A stretch of 64,000 nt of DNA from contig OZ281494.1 of NCBI GenBank assembly GCA_965637545.1, forward strand, positions 12,338,001-12,402,000, read 5' to 3'. The stretch comes from Phallusia mammillata. Taxonomy: Eukaryota. Made by a program: the position numbers and the translations under genes. A model generated the notes under the pieces. It was given only the letters and a program-made list of their open reading frames with translations. It was not told the DNA's origin and did no database searches. Shown here piece by piece: positions 1 to 12,627 of the stretch; the stretch's first letter is position 1, and each line of letters begins with the position of its first letter.

Positions 1-3000
1 TAATGGTGCAAAGAGCTTTTGCAAACCAATAAAAAACGATTTATATTGTGTAGGCGCTTTTCACCGATGGTACGGTCCTGCACCAAACCCTTAGTTAAAC
101 AAAACTTTATAGCCGGTTAATTGAAAAGTTAAATCAAATACAAACGATCAAAGTAAGTACCTAAACGCCATAAAACCTGGGGCACTACAATAACCTAATA
201 CAAACTGGGTGAACGGCCTAGATCAAACAAAGAGAAATGACGCCCCAGGATGGTAACAATTGCTTTTACACCTATTTCAGAAATCCGTGCACATCACAAT
301 ACGTTCATGACTCAGCAGTTTTTAAAAAATCTCAGAATTTACCACTTTCGTGGACTTTTAGGTAAATAGTCTTTAAAATTCTGTTATTTAACGACATGTT
401 TTTACGGAAAAACGTAAGGTCGGTGAGATTACCTTGACACCCCATGGCAATTAGGATAGACAACTGTCTGTAATGTAGGGGTGCAATAAAGTTTTTTCAC
501 ATTAAAATCGGGTCCGGTACGTAAAAATCTATAAATAATTTACTCCCGATATTTGTCGACATAATTAAATCAAATTTTATAACGACACATAAAATAATTT
601 CAATGTAGTATAGGTGAAACTAATTTTAACCAAAGAGTCTGTGACAAACAATTACGTTACTTGTATTGTTTAAAAGATGCCAATCAACGCCGGAATTCGG
701 GTGATTTTGCTGTTTTTGTACTTGGAAACGATAAACGTAACGCTCGGTTAGTTACATTGTTCGAAATCAGCCAACCCTTTCAGGAGCAGCGGTGGATCAG
801 GCTTCCCGCCTAAATTAAAACTTCCCACACATTTCTTGCTTTGTATCGAGTTACAAGTCCCTGATGGGCGGAACAAAACGTAGCGATCGTGATAAAGCAA
901 CTTGAAGGCCTTTTCCAACTCAAACCACAGGACCATAAAATTTTTACCGTTTCAATTTAAGCAAAATTATTCAAAGTTTATTGAAAAGTAATGTTTTTCA
1001 AATCTTGTCGAGAGATATGTCAAAGACATGCAATTTGCTACGTTTGAAAGAAGGGGACTGATATTCTAAAGCCCGTTGAGCCATAATAGCGTAAAGGCCC
1101 TTATAAATTGTCACGCCCAACCTAACAGTCAATATCCCAACAATCAAAAATCGCTCATTTGCGTGCAAATCCAAGTGGTTGATCGGATAGTTCGTGAGCT
1201 ATTTGATGCGGAATCGCACAGTTTAAAGTGTCCGTTGGTATTCGTTTGGCTTTGGGTTCGAACGCTTGGTGTGATCTTAGGTATTTGGGGTTTATGACTG
1301 ATAACGTCTTTAGTGTTGCGCGTTTGTTTTGGTGACGGCAGTCAAGCATGACCGGAGCTTAAATTGTTATTCGGTCACGTGAATATTCGGTGTGGAAAGG
1401 CGCCACAAACAAATTTCGATGTTAGGGAACAACACGTCGGTTATTGTTTTGTTTCTACAATATTTTTTAAAGTGACTTTTACTGTATGCGAACACAAAGC
1501 AGTGGTTCTTTAATGGTAGTTTGAAAGCCACAAAAGGCATTTCAATAATCTTAGCATGACGCCTGAGCAATTTTTGAATTACTTGAAAATGTTGTTCTGG
1601 TCTTAAAAATTTTGCCGTTTTTATCCGATCACTTCTATCAAGACAAAAAATACACTATCGTTTGGTCAATTGCCTGGAATACATAGATTAACGATTCATC
1701 ATAGCTCCACCCAATACATTTTACAACCAGCAGACAAATAGGTCACGTGTGCAAATAGGGGATCACGTGACACTAGTGGAGTAGGTCAATAAACGCTTTG
1801 TCCAGTTGTTCGGTGATTGCACCACACGCACAGACAACAACTAACAAAAAGAGCGGTGTAACTTTATGATCCCAAGGTCCAACAATATTGTGTTAAACAG
1901 AACAGGAACTTGATGAATGCGCATGAAACAACAACGCACAAAATGGAAAGTGCGGTTTTTCCTAGCAGCACGGGGATAAGCGTGGCAAGTGGTCATTGCG
2001 ACTGGACCCAATAAACCGATTAAGAGAGCGTGACATTAGGAATGAGCTTTCGTCGGCTCGCAGCACAGCGGACAGGGTATGAGAGTGGACTCGCTGTGAG
2101 GATTAGTGTGTCGCCAAGAGGTCAAATTCCAATCACGGCTTATGTAATTTCAAGTAAAGTTCTTGGTTACAATCCACACCACATATATATTTTCATTAAT
2201 ACGTAAGAAGTATCGTGGTATAATGAAAAACCATTCCGGGCTCAAATCTTAGTTTGAAACTGTACGCCTCGCACAAACGATATCAAACCTTTGAACTTGA
2301 CTTTATTAGTAATCCACAAAGAAGGTATGCTAACGAGAGGCTATGTTTAACTTAAGCTTTACAAGTGCAGAGTTGTACCTGACAAATATTGACCGACATT
2401 TGTAGATATGTTTCCTATGAGTGCGTGGGTTGCGTGTGTCCTATGTAACAGTCGTGTGCCAGTAAACAACCGTCCGGACAGGCTATTTTCCTGATGCGTT
2501 TGCGAATCAAGTGTTTTATTTATATTCAAAAATGTTTTTTAACTAGCATTCGTGACGAGTGCACTAAAAAGCGAAACATGTTCGAAAGGAAATGTACAAC
2601 CTATGTTAACAAACTGCTAGAAACCACATCTCTAATGCAACTAACCACCGGGCCTGGTCTCATAAGCACTGCAAAACAAGGTTTCGATCGAACGTCAGGG
2701 TTGCTAGGCAACACCCTAGTCCCCAAGGACGCCAAATGTCGAAAGCGATGGTACGCAACATATGTCAGCATATTTCCACACTTGAATTGAACAAAGCTAA
2801 GGCGAATGGCAACAAGTGTGTTGTTGTGGCGTGATTCGCTGTTTAAACACTATCTCTTCCGTTTTGTCCATATGTAAGTCAAGGTTGTTAACGAACAAAA
2901 AAAAGACTTGGACTTTAAATTTTCTAGACTGCTTTTAATCAGTAATTTTAGGCGAAAAAATTTCATTTGGTACAGGGTACTATAACCATGATAAAGGTCC

Positions 3001-3424
3001 TTTTTATTCTGAATTATTGACAATGAAACAACAGAAAGGTTTGCAAAAACAACATGAATTATGTTGCAAAAATAACTCTTTTTACCAAACTCTTACCATT
3101 CTGTGCCATAAATAAAAAGTGCAGATGATTCATATACCATTTAAAACAAAGCAGGCCTATAGAATTTTTTTTCACAGCAATAATACAATTATTATCCACT
3201 TTTGGTCACCAAGCCCTTACCCAGCATAGTAGCACTGGTAACACGACAACAAACAGATCAACATACCCTCACTTAAACCAATTGGAGGACCTACTTAATT
3301 CCTATTCCATTGACCACCAAAACACACATGTCAAGCATGTATTACTACAAAATTTAATTTGATTAAAGGACTGATTGATGTACAGTAATTTTAAATCAGT
3401 ATTTCGTTATAATTTAATAAATCA

Positions 3425-5555
3425 TTAAAAAACAAAACTGATTTTGCGCACATAATGTTGTTTTTCAGCAACATAATTGATCACCCCAAAATGAAAAATC
3501 AATCTGCCATCATGCAAACATTGATCACATCGACTTATTGTGGATAAAGCACGTTTCAACAGCCGTGGGTCATGGTTAACTTCACATGTTACAGGGGCTT
3601 CCGTAGTGTTAGGGGGTGTTGGCACACTGGTTACCATGGGTACAAAAATGCCCGCTTTGTCACACAACAAAACTATCATAAACCTACCTGCCCATAAGTT
3701 GCCACTTGGTGGAAAACTAGGACTCCATGAAGGTACACGACCAGTGTGGACTCTAAAAATTGATAAGATTTAGTGCTTGGGAATATATCAAACTTCTTCC
3801 AAAATTTACAGTTGTCCAATTGTTACTATTACACCAACTTGATAAACAAGTAAACAATAGTACCCTATTCGCTATATTATACCTATTGATATTTATGCTT
3901 CTTACCCTGGCAACAAGTTGGCAAGATTTGTCAGTGACAGGGGTTGCCCAATACCAGTTGGATGCAAATATGGGTAAAATGGGGTTCGTTTTAATGCTTG
4001 AACCAGATTTGGGCGATAGGCTGGGTCGATGCACCACAAAGAACCCTTTACTGTATCCTGAAACACAAGTACAAATTTCAGCCCATGGGTAAGCTATTGT
4101 GTAACAACGTTTTGAAACTAATCTCCGTGAATGCACACAATCATATGCTACAATAAAATAACAGGGTGAAGTAATCCTACTGAACTCAAAGATGTTTTTT
4201 TACATACAAAATGCAGTGATTCGGAAAATTGCAAAATGACATCACACAATTCTTTAGGACTTTACAAGAATATATCGTTTTTACACAGAATATGCCACCA
4301 ACAATATTTGCCAAAAATTGAACTTACTTTTCCTAAATCCTTGGTTTCAGCTTTTTTAAAACATCTGTTTAATGAAAGGTTATGTCTTATGGAGTTTTTC
4401 CAACCAGACGGAGCAGTTCGGAAGTAAGGAAAATGTCGACAAACCCAGTTGTATATGTCCTAAAATGTTTTTAATTGCAGTGATTTAACTAGTTTATCTC
4501 ACCCTTGTGGTTTCAAAATAAATACTGTAGTACATATTTAAACTAAATATTTATCACTACCTACCTTAACCGGTAACTTCTTTTCTTTAGAATCTTCTAC
4601 TGCCATAAATATCAAACAACTAAATGAGTAGGGTGGTTTACTCATTGGATTGTACTCTGTTTGTACACTATTCCGTCCATTGTTATGAGTCTACAAGGAA
4701 TAAAAACATTGAAATTTTAGACAGAAAGCATGCTGAATAAAATACATGTTCAGAATTCTATCTAACCTGTCTGTCAACTTTTGAAGTTGCAGTAAAAATG
4801 CCTTTGTTGTTTTCTTCTTCACTATCTGTATCATCACCGCTTAAACTGATGCCAGGGTCATCTGGGTTGCACTTTCTTATCGTCTTGAAAAGCTCCTTGT
4901 TATCACTACTTAGCCATGAGAGACTCCTTAAATCATTATCTACATCCTCATGGTGACTATTTAAAGTGTCCAGAGTGTTTGTTTTGGTGTCCACTTTGTT
5001 TTGAGTTTCCAATACACCAGACAGTCCAAGGTTTGACGAAACTGTTGACATGAATTTGTTTAAATCTCCATACTCTGTGGTTTCTTTGTTTTGATCTGGT
5101 TTACACAGGCTATTAGGTTGTGTTGGTGAGGTAGGTGTTGGGTTCAATGGAGAATTCTGCATGTCCAATATGTTGGTTGCTGGATTGTCATTTGGGGCTT
5201 TTTGACTTGAAACAGTCATTCGAAATGTTGCTGGCTTATCAAGGCTGTTTTTATCTATCATAGGCTTTTTCTTTGATGATAAACACAACTTCATTGGAAT
5301 AACAATTCGATTTCCAATTGTCTTGAAAACATCTGGCTTGCTAGCATTCTGATGGCTTTTCAAAACTTTGAACAGGTTTAGTTTGGAAGCAATGGGTACA
5401 ACAGATTTTCCGATAGGTGACTTTTTACTGTCGCAACCATTTACAATTGTATTGCATACAACAAAGTTTTTTGTGCGTTGCGTAGCAGCAGGTATTGCAA
5501 CTGTTCGTGGTTGTATTGCAGCAGACTCAGGCCTGCCTTTGTCAGGGGGCATCAT
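3425..5555 (-). CDS. FoxN2/3: Forkhead transcription factor FoxN2/3 (CHES1-like), multi-exon; 3' end not resolved
   Basis: Exons with GT-AG boundaries in consistent phase at 5555-4767 (contains DLRSLSWL), 4690-4565 ([25 protein letters not shown]), 4459-4328 ([38 protein letters not shown]) and 4057-3906 ([23 protein letters not shown]). [13 protein letters not shown] and [17 protein letters not shown] are FoxN2/3 signatures. Exons below about 3750 are tentative, so the low coordinate is approximate. Confidence 0.93.
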
Positions 5556-8500
5556 GTCGGATAGTTAAAGCAGTATCGTGCCCTGGAAACAACACAAATT
5601 TTAATTTACTACAAAAATTGCTTACAATAACAAATACTCTGTTTGAACACAGCAGACCATATTATTTTGCTTGCAATAAGTAATAGAGTAAAATGTGCTG
5701 TGAGTAAAAACGTGGTGCTGTATCACTCTTCAAACAAAAGGTAAACCAGTAAACAAAAGGCTTTCAATGTACTATAATACAATCCGCAGAGGAGGCCACA
5801 AACCAGGTAATGTCCAGTATCCAAACGCCACAGTTTATAAAAACCAATGCAAATAAAATAAAGCGCTCCTGTTTCCTGCTAAGGACGAAATTCGCGCCAA
5901 AGTGCTAAACAAATAACCTTGCGGTTCTGTGCCCTGTTCTATTCCGTTGAATCTGATGTTAAAAATCAAAGACCGAACGTAGTTTGCATCGATTTTAGCA
6001 TGTAAATGGCAACTCGACGTTCTCTTCGTCGATAATAGTGTGATTTGAAACAGGCCAGGCCTTCAGGCAATGTCACTCGACCTCTTTGCCTCTCTCTCTC
6101 TTGCTGTAAGTTACCGACGCAAAACACGACCAGTATTCACAGCCTTGATTTTGTTACTCTTAGGGCCTTATGTGTGTTCTTTTAACTGTGGTCTCAATGT
6201 TACCCACAAATGATTTTCACCATTTCCCAACGAGGGTCAAGACACATAACACGCAAAAATTCAAGACGAACTAACGACACAACCTAACATCGTTTTGTAT
6301 CATACGATTTTATAATACTTGAAACAACTTATGTTTTAAAGAAAATAACTTGCATGCGTCTGTGCAAATATGTTTAACTCGGGCATAACACAGCAACCGC
6401 TTGACACATAACGTGAAAGAAAAGCTGCAACAGACTCATGCATGCGTGCATCGCGTTTCCAAATACAACACAATGTCGCTAACTCGTGTCGCCAAGCACA
6501 CACACACACGCGCGTACAGTTAAACTGCCACCAACGATTAACACTGATTGAAAGCGGATAAAACGCGCACCATGCTAATGCACGACCCCGTCGCTATAGC
6601 AACCAGGAAGAAACCCGATCATGCGAGTTTCCTGCCCCGAGCCACGTCATTGCTGGTCGCTATGAGCAACAGCGAAGCAGCTTTAGGCGACGCTTTACAA
6701 AGTTTTGGGCAGAAGAGACGTAAACGAATTAGGTTTGGTATTGGCCTATACTTTCGATACTTTTAGGCAAATATATATTATACGTAATGTTACCATTCAT
6801 ACAAATTGAAGCATAAATATATCAATAATTTCGTTTCAGATACCATATTACCGCATCTAGCAACAAGAAAATATCCTAATTATTATGCCAAAACCAAATA
6901 CCAAACGAATAATACGACTCTTGAAACTTCAATTTGTCACTATACTTGTTTCACTTACTGGCTTAAAAGAAACTTTCTAAACTGTAGCGTCCAACTTTAA
7001 ACCTGGTTATTGTCAATTTAAACTGTCTAGTACCTAACAAGCTAACACCTCATAATGTTGAAATCGAAAAAGAAGTAAGAAAAAGTATGGACGCCGGCGC
7101 TAGACTTAAAACGCGTTAAAACTGACGACGCGCAAGTAGAGAGGAAAAGTTTCGTTGAATAATTGGCGGCTATAGCCTCTGGCTTCATCCATTTACCTTA
7201 AAACAACCGACTACGTCAAAGGACTGAAACTTCTTCGAGCTTGAAGGCGCCATGCACCAGTGCGTTTCAATCCCTAGGGCGACGCAAGAAGCGAGATGAG
7301 ATTTCACAGCAAGAGCTGAGCGACAACGCATTCTGGTCAATTTTTATGCTCTAAGATTTAAAAGAGAGGCTTCGTTGCAAGATACCAACTTTAGACACTG
7401 ACAAAAAATACACTGGACCCATTGAAATTAAGTAAAGAACTTTTTCCACACATCGCTGTTGAAAACCGACTCACATACTGTCCTTAAAAACAATCACTAT
7501 CATAAACACTGGTATAAACTTCCAATACAACATTCAATTTAAACACACATATATCAAAGACGCACAGGGCCAAACAGCTGAAAGGAAATAATACTTTAAC
7601 TGAGCTAAAATGCTATTGTTACTCGTTTGTTTCACAGACGTGTCACTTTTCACAAGTCATGCGTTGTTCTAACTTCTAACTCTAACAACTCACTCAGATT
7701 CCAAAAATCAAAGGCGGGCATGAGGTGCAAGAACCCGTAAAACGCCAATCATGCAGTGGCGAAGAGAGATAATAGACCCCCGTCGCGTCCGCAATGTATC
7801 AAATATGGCTGATTAAGACGCAGCTTACAGTCAGTAAACAGTGCCCGTCATGGCGTGTGAAAGACTCCATGTGGGGTCTTTGTGCGTTGGATGATCTGGG
7901 AAGTATAATATTGGAGTCTTTGTGGCTCGACGCGTGCCAATACACAGTCGCTACAAAATCCAACATATCTGAGATGGAAAATAGTATTAATTTTTCACCT
8001 TTTAAAGATCAAAAAGCAAGAAAAACTGTTGAGAATCTAAACAATCTACTACTTGTTTATTTAAGGTAACCGCAAAAACATCTGTGGTTAACATATAGGT
8101 TGTGATTGTACTTGCGTATGCGCTATGTACACAAGTACTGAGCTGGTACGACTGCTTCGGACATTGCAGGCGAAACGAAACAACCCAAACCGAAACCTAA
8201 TTTTAATAATTAATGTCCGACCAAAGCAGTCGAAGCGGTAACCATAACAACCTAGGTTAAATCACCTGCAGAAGCACGCTAGGTGTTTAACTTGGAAAGA
8301 TTCCACCTATTGGCGAAGTTATATCTTCCTTACACAACTTTTTGTACAGTAATTTATTTGAAACAGATAAACAAAGTACTGTTTAATTACTAAAAACGTG
8401 TTTCTAACAAAAAGTCCGAAAATGGCTAGAACACAAACCACACAACCAGTTGTGGTTGATGCACAACTGTCAACACACGACAGATACTAAAACTGTTCCC

Positions 8501-11088
8501 TCTAGCCCTAGCTGGCAAAGTCAGTGCACATTCAATCGATACCGCAATACGCTCGACTGTCGCAAAACAATGCATGCAGGTTGACGTCACACGTCGCTAT
8601 GGATACCGGCGCTTGTCAGCGTGACTACAGTGCAGCCATTTCCTGTCCGTGAGTGTGACGTGCAAGACACCGCAAAAGGAATAATGGTAGCGTATATATT
8701 ACGCGCGGGGAAGATGTTTACATCAGTTATGAATTGGAATGCTGCTTGGTCGCTTGAATGTTATAAAACCGTATCAAAGCACCCTTATGCAACGTCGCCG
8801 CGCGTCAAAGTAGAAGGCCCTAAAACTGTCACGTAATTGTTACTTAGTTTTGCCCATGGCTATATGTGCCTTGTACTTATGTGTAACGTTAAATGTTTCC
8901 AACTTGTTAGTGTTAGAAAGTTCAAACTAAAATTTAGTTGTTTTTAAGATGAAAACGTTTGTTGGCATCAAATTTTCTTTTTCTGCTGGAAAAACTTCAG
9001 TTACAATATATAGAAGTAATTTAACACAAAACATTATCAAGCAGCTATCAATGTTTTTTCTTAGCAAATCATCAGCAAGCTGAGCACAACAATTTATCAA
9101 CCTTGAGATGCACTAGGTGTTCCAGCAAGTATTACTGTGTAATTAAGTGGGGGCAGAGATAAAGGTTTGACCTTTCCACCTTGCTGTGTGATAAGAGATT
9201 GCTGATGATTGGTACAAAGAACCCTGTTTCATGATACACACGAATTTTTGTTGACACAACAACACAAACTTTGCTTAAGCGCATAGGAAAACAGCAAAGT
9301 CTGCTTTTGGTACATCAATTGCATTGCACAACATCTGCTAACTATATGACCTAATGTCAACAAATAGGTGCATATTACCAAACTGTAAACAAATCAGGAT
9401 AATGTGCCAACAAAGGCACACTTATAGTATAAACTAATGACTACATTACACAATCGCAGTATATATATTTTTTACATCAATTTACGTGTCACATTGATGT
9501 ACTTTGACAAACAAGTTTACTACTACATGATAAAAGTCATCACAAATTAAATATTGTATGCAATCCATCAAGAATAAACCTCAGAATTTATTCGAGCAAT
9601 TATGATCACTAAATTTAATTAAACATTAAAAATACACGAAAGTAGAAATGTGAACAAAGGTTTGTCAACTTAAACTTATTATTACTCTTGATAATTTAAC
9701 TTCTAAATAATAGTAGATGCCTAAATGTAAAGAGCAGCGAGCAACACACTAGTGGTGGATTTGTATAGAATTGAACACTATTCCCAACACTTTAGAAATC
9801 ATAATTAAATTAATACACCAACAAACTTTCTTTTTTAAACTTCACATTTTTTATTGAATATGACAAACAACTTTACATTACCAAGGTGCACACAGGCATT
9901 GTAAATCATTTTTTAGATGAATTCTCATTCCACTAACTATAGTTTATCAGATCATATTCATTGCATGCTTTTTTGTTGAGATATACGGAAGTTGGCACCG
10001 TGTATTTTGTGTTAACTTACTTTTACAGTAACACAAAAGTTTTTGTACTTAACATACATGTATCAGCACAACAAAAAAATGGTTGGTCAAAAAATACCTC
10101 CTGTTGTTAAATACATTGTGTCAATGGTGTTTGAAATTGATAAGCCCGCCAAAAGTTTACAGTTAAAAGTAAAACTGGAAATGTGTTGCCTAATATTTTT
10201 TGATGTGTGGTGTGTAGGTTTCACCCACTAAATATTTTAAGTTCTTTTAAAATAATATTGCAACAACCCACCATAAAGGTATCTTAGGAAGATGTTCCTC
10301 AATTTTATCGATAAGCCTCAACCACACTCCAAATACATACCGTAACAAATATTCTTTAACACAGTTTTTTAGTTTACAATTTATAAAATAGTTTTTGTAA
10401 TATTGTGCCTGCATAACATAAGATAAATACTATACTACACCATACACTGATTTTCAGTGACTTGAAAGATATCGAAAATAAAATAATGCACACAAATGTG
10501 TACATAAGATAACGACACATTTACTCACATTTGTCATCTAATTAATACTGTTTTTTTAATACTGAATTGCACATCACTTGGTTTTGAACATAAAAACTAT
10601 TACCTACACGTAAAACGAACCAAAAAAACAATTTCACGTGGTCTCTTGGAATAGTTCGCGTGACTAGGCAACCACGAACGCGATAAATTACGTCATTTAC
10701 AATGGATGCACGAACCGTTAAGTTTCGGATGGTAACCGCTAATTGTAATATTTCTGGAGTTTTAGCATGGAATTCTAAAAAAATCTATGGTTTTAGCATA
10801 CAGTATTATGAGTAATCTGTGGTTTTAGCTTAGGCGAATGTTGGAATTAAAATCAAGTAATAAAACATCAGTAAGTTCCAAGACTGTGGGCAAATAAAAT
10901 TTTAACCAAACTTTAAAACGTTAAAACCCAAAACAGCCTACAAATTCTATCCAAAAAAATTATAACAACTGAGGTGAAAAAAGCCGGAACTATACATTCT
11001 GGTAAGAAGTCTAGTGTACGTCTCACCGCAAAAGTAGGCTAGTTACAAATAACAAACATATTGAAGCATCGTCACTGTACATATTTAT

Positions 11089-11570
11089 TAGAGATGTACC
11101 GAATATTCGGTTTGCCGAATTTATTCGGCCGAATCGGCCACTTTTGCAAAGATTCGGTTTCGGCCGAATAATTTGTTGCGATTCGGCCGAAACCGAATCT
11201 TTTATGAACACACATTTGAAGCGTTAAGCGTGTCTTTCCTGCTTAGTGCCAACGAAAATCCTGTCAGTTATTATATTTTTTACCACATTATCGTTTTCCC
11301 CACTGCAGACAACTAAATAGTAATTCATTGCCGGGTTGGAAATTATGCTTGAGGCAATGTTAAACCCCACAGAACTGAAATAAGGACGAAACACAACCAT
11401 TCTGCACTAATTGCCTGGTAGATAAACTTATGTTTTCATGTCAAACGCGTACCGTACGACTTCGCGTGACGTCATAAATGATTCGGTTGATTCGGCCGAA
11501 TTTATTCGGCAAAACCGCCGAATATTCGGTTTCGGCCGAATCGAAATTTCGCCGATTCGGTACATCACTA
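11089..11570. mobile_element. hAT-type MITE (TAGAGATG...CATCACTA termini) with subterminal TTCGGCCGAA repeats
   Basis: TIRs TAGAGATGTACCGAAT / ATTCGGTACATCACTA. Perfect 8-bp TSD ATATTTAT at 11081-11088 and 11571-11578. ATTCGGCCGAA-like motifs are clustered at both ends. Confidence 0.9.
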
Positions 11571-12284
11571 ATATTTATGCCTTCTATGTTTCCCGCCGTT
11601 AGCCTTTCACTTGGTTGGTTGACGCAATGTTGTGCAACCTTGTGTAATTATCTGTCACAGTCGAGTTAAGTGACGTCACATCATTGGTATTGTTTCACTG
11701 ACATTACTGCTGGCAGCGTGACTGCCTCGTGAACATTACTGACTAAAAGGCAGCACGTGCTTATCTTAAGTAGCTATAAATGTTTTTTTGTTTTTTTTAA
11801 TGTGTTTAAGCGGTTAGGAATAAGCTTTGATATTGACTTGAACCACTGTCAATGCTTGATTTGTGCATTTGGGTACCTGTAAGCAACTGTGTAACATTTG
11901 CTGAAAATGTGATTGATTTTTTCATGCTGTCCCTTTCGTTAACAGTGAATTCTGTGATCCAACGCTGTGATAATTCTGAACTACTGAAACCGTTTCCGGT
12001 AAGAGATTGTGATTGTTTGTTGCTCGTTGTTAATGTTGTGTAGTGGGTTTTAACTTGATGTCGAAATTTGCAGAACTGTAAATCCATTTGCATCCACGAT
12101 CGCTTTCAACTAAATTGTGACTCTAGTCCTATAGTAGTTCAGAAAGAGTTAAATTTAATCGCAGTGATCCTTTATTTTGACTAGTGCGTGTCCGTCTGTA
12201 CAAACCGCTTTCATCTTCCTCGCCTTGCTGTTGTGCTCTGCCGCTCTCGAGTGCCACCACCTGTCTGTGCCGCCTGAATGAATG

Positions 12285-12391
12285 GGTAGAGCTACTAACA
12301 ATAGAACTCACAAAGTCACAACACGCCGGCTTGGGAATTTCCGGTAGGTGGTGCATAACATAAGCAATTTGCTGACTCAGCAATTATTGTC
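12285..12391. repeat. Truncated copy (one arm plus centre) of the GCTACTAAC foldback element
   Basis: Starts GGTAGAGCTACTAAC, aligns by eye to 13418-13520 and contains TGCTGACTCAGCA at 12370-12382. Confidence 0.7.
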
Positions 12392-12627
12392 ACCGTATAC
12401 GCAACACATAACACATAAATATTTTATAAAATCTGCAGCTTTAAATGTCACTACTTTGGTTAGAATTTCGATAAATAGCTCCCCTGACCTTCGGATGTAT
12501 ATTTTCGTAAACTTTCAATCGTGTTTACATTTTCTATACCAGGTCTGCTTTTTATTTTTTCTCCGTATAACTTAAACACAACAAACCACGCGATTTGCAA
12601 CTTTTCAAACTATGCCAGCCCATTTTG

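Noticed and set aside
748-1570. Minus-strand ORFs 748-936, 1155-1349 and 1367-1570 as coding exons (FoxN2/3 tail or another gene)
   Set aside because: No recognisable motif, and I could not link them by phase-compatible splice sites. Left unannotated.
12129-12383. 84-aa ORF on the - strand as a third SLC22 remnant
   Set aside because: Its first half is the truncated foldback element and the rest has no SLC22 similarity.
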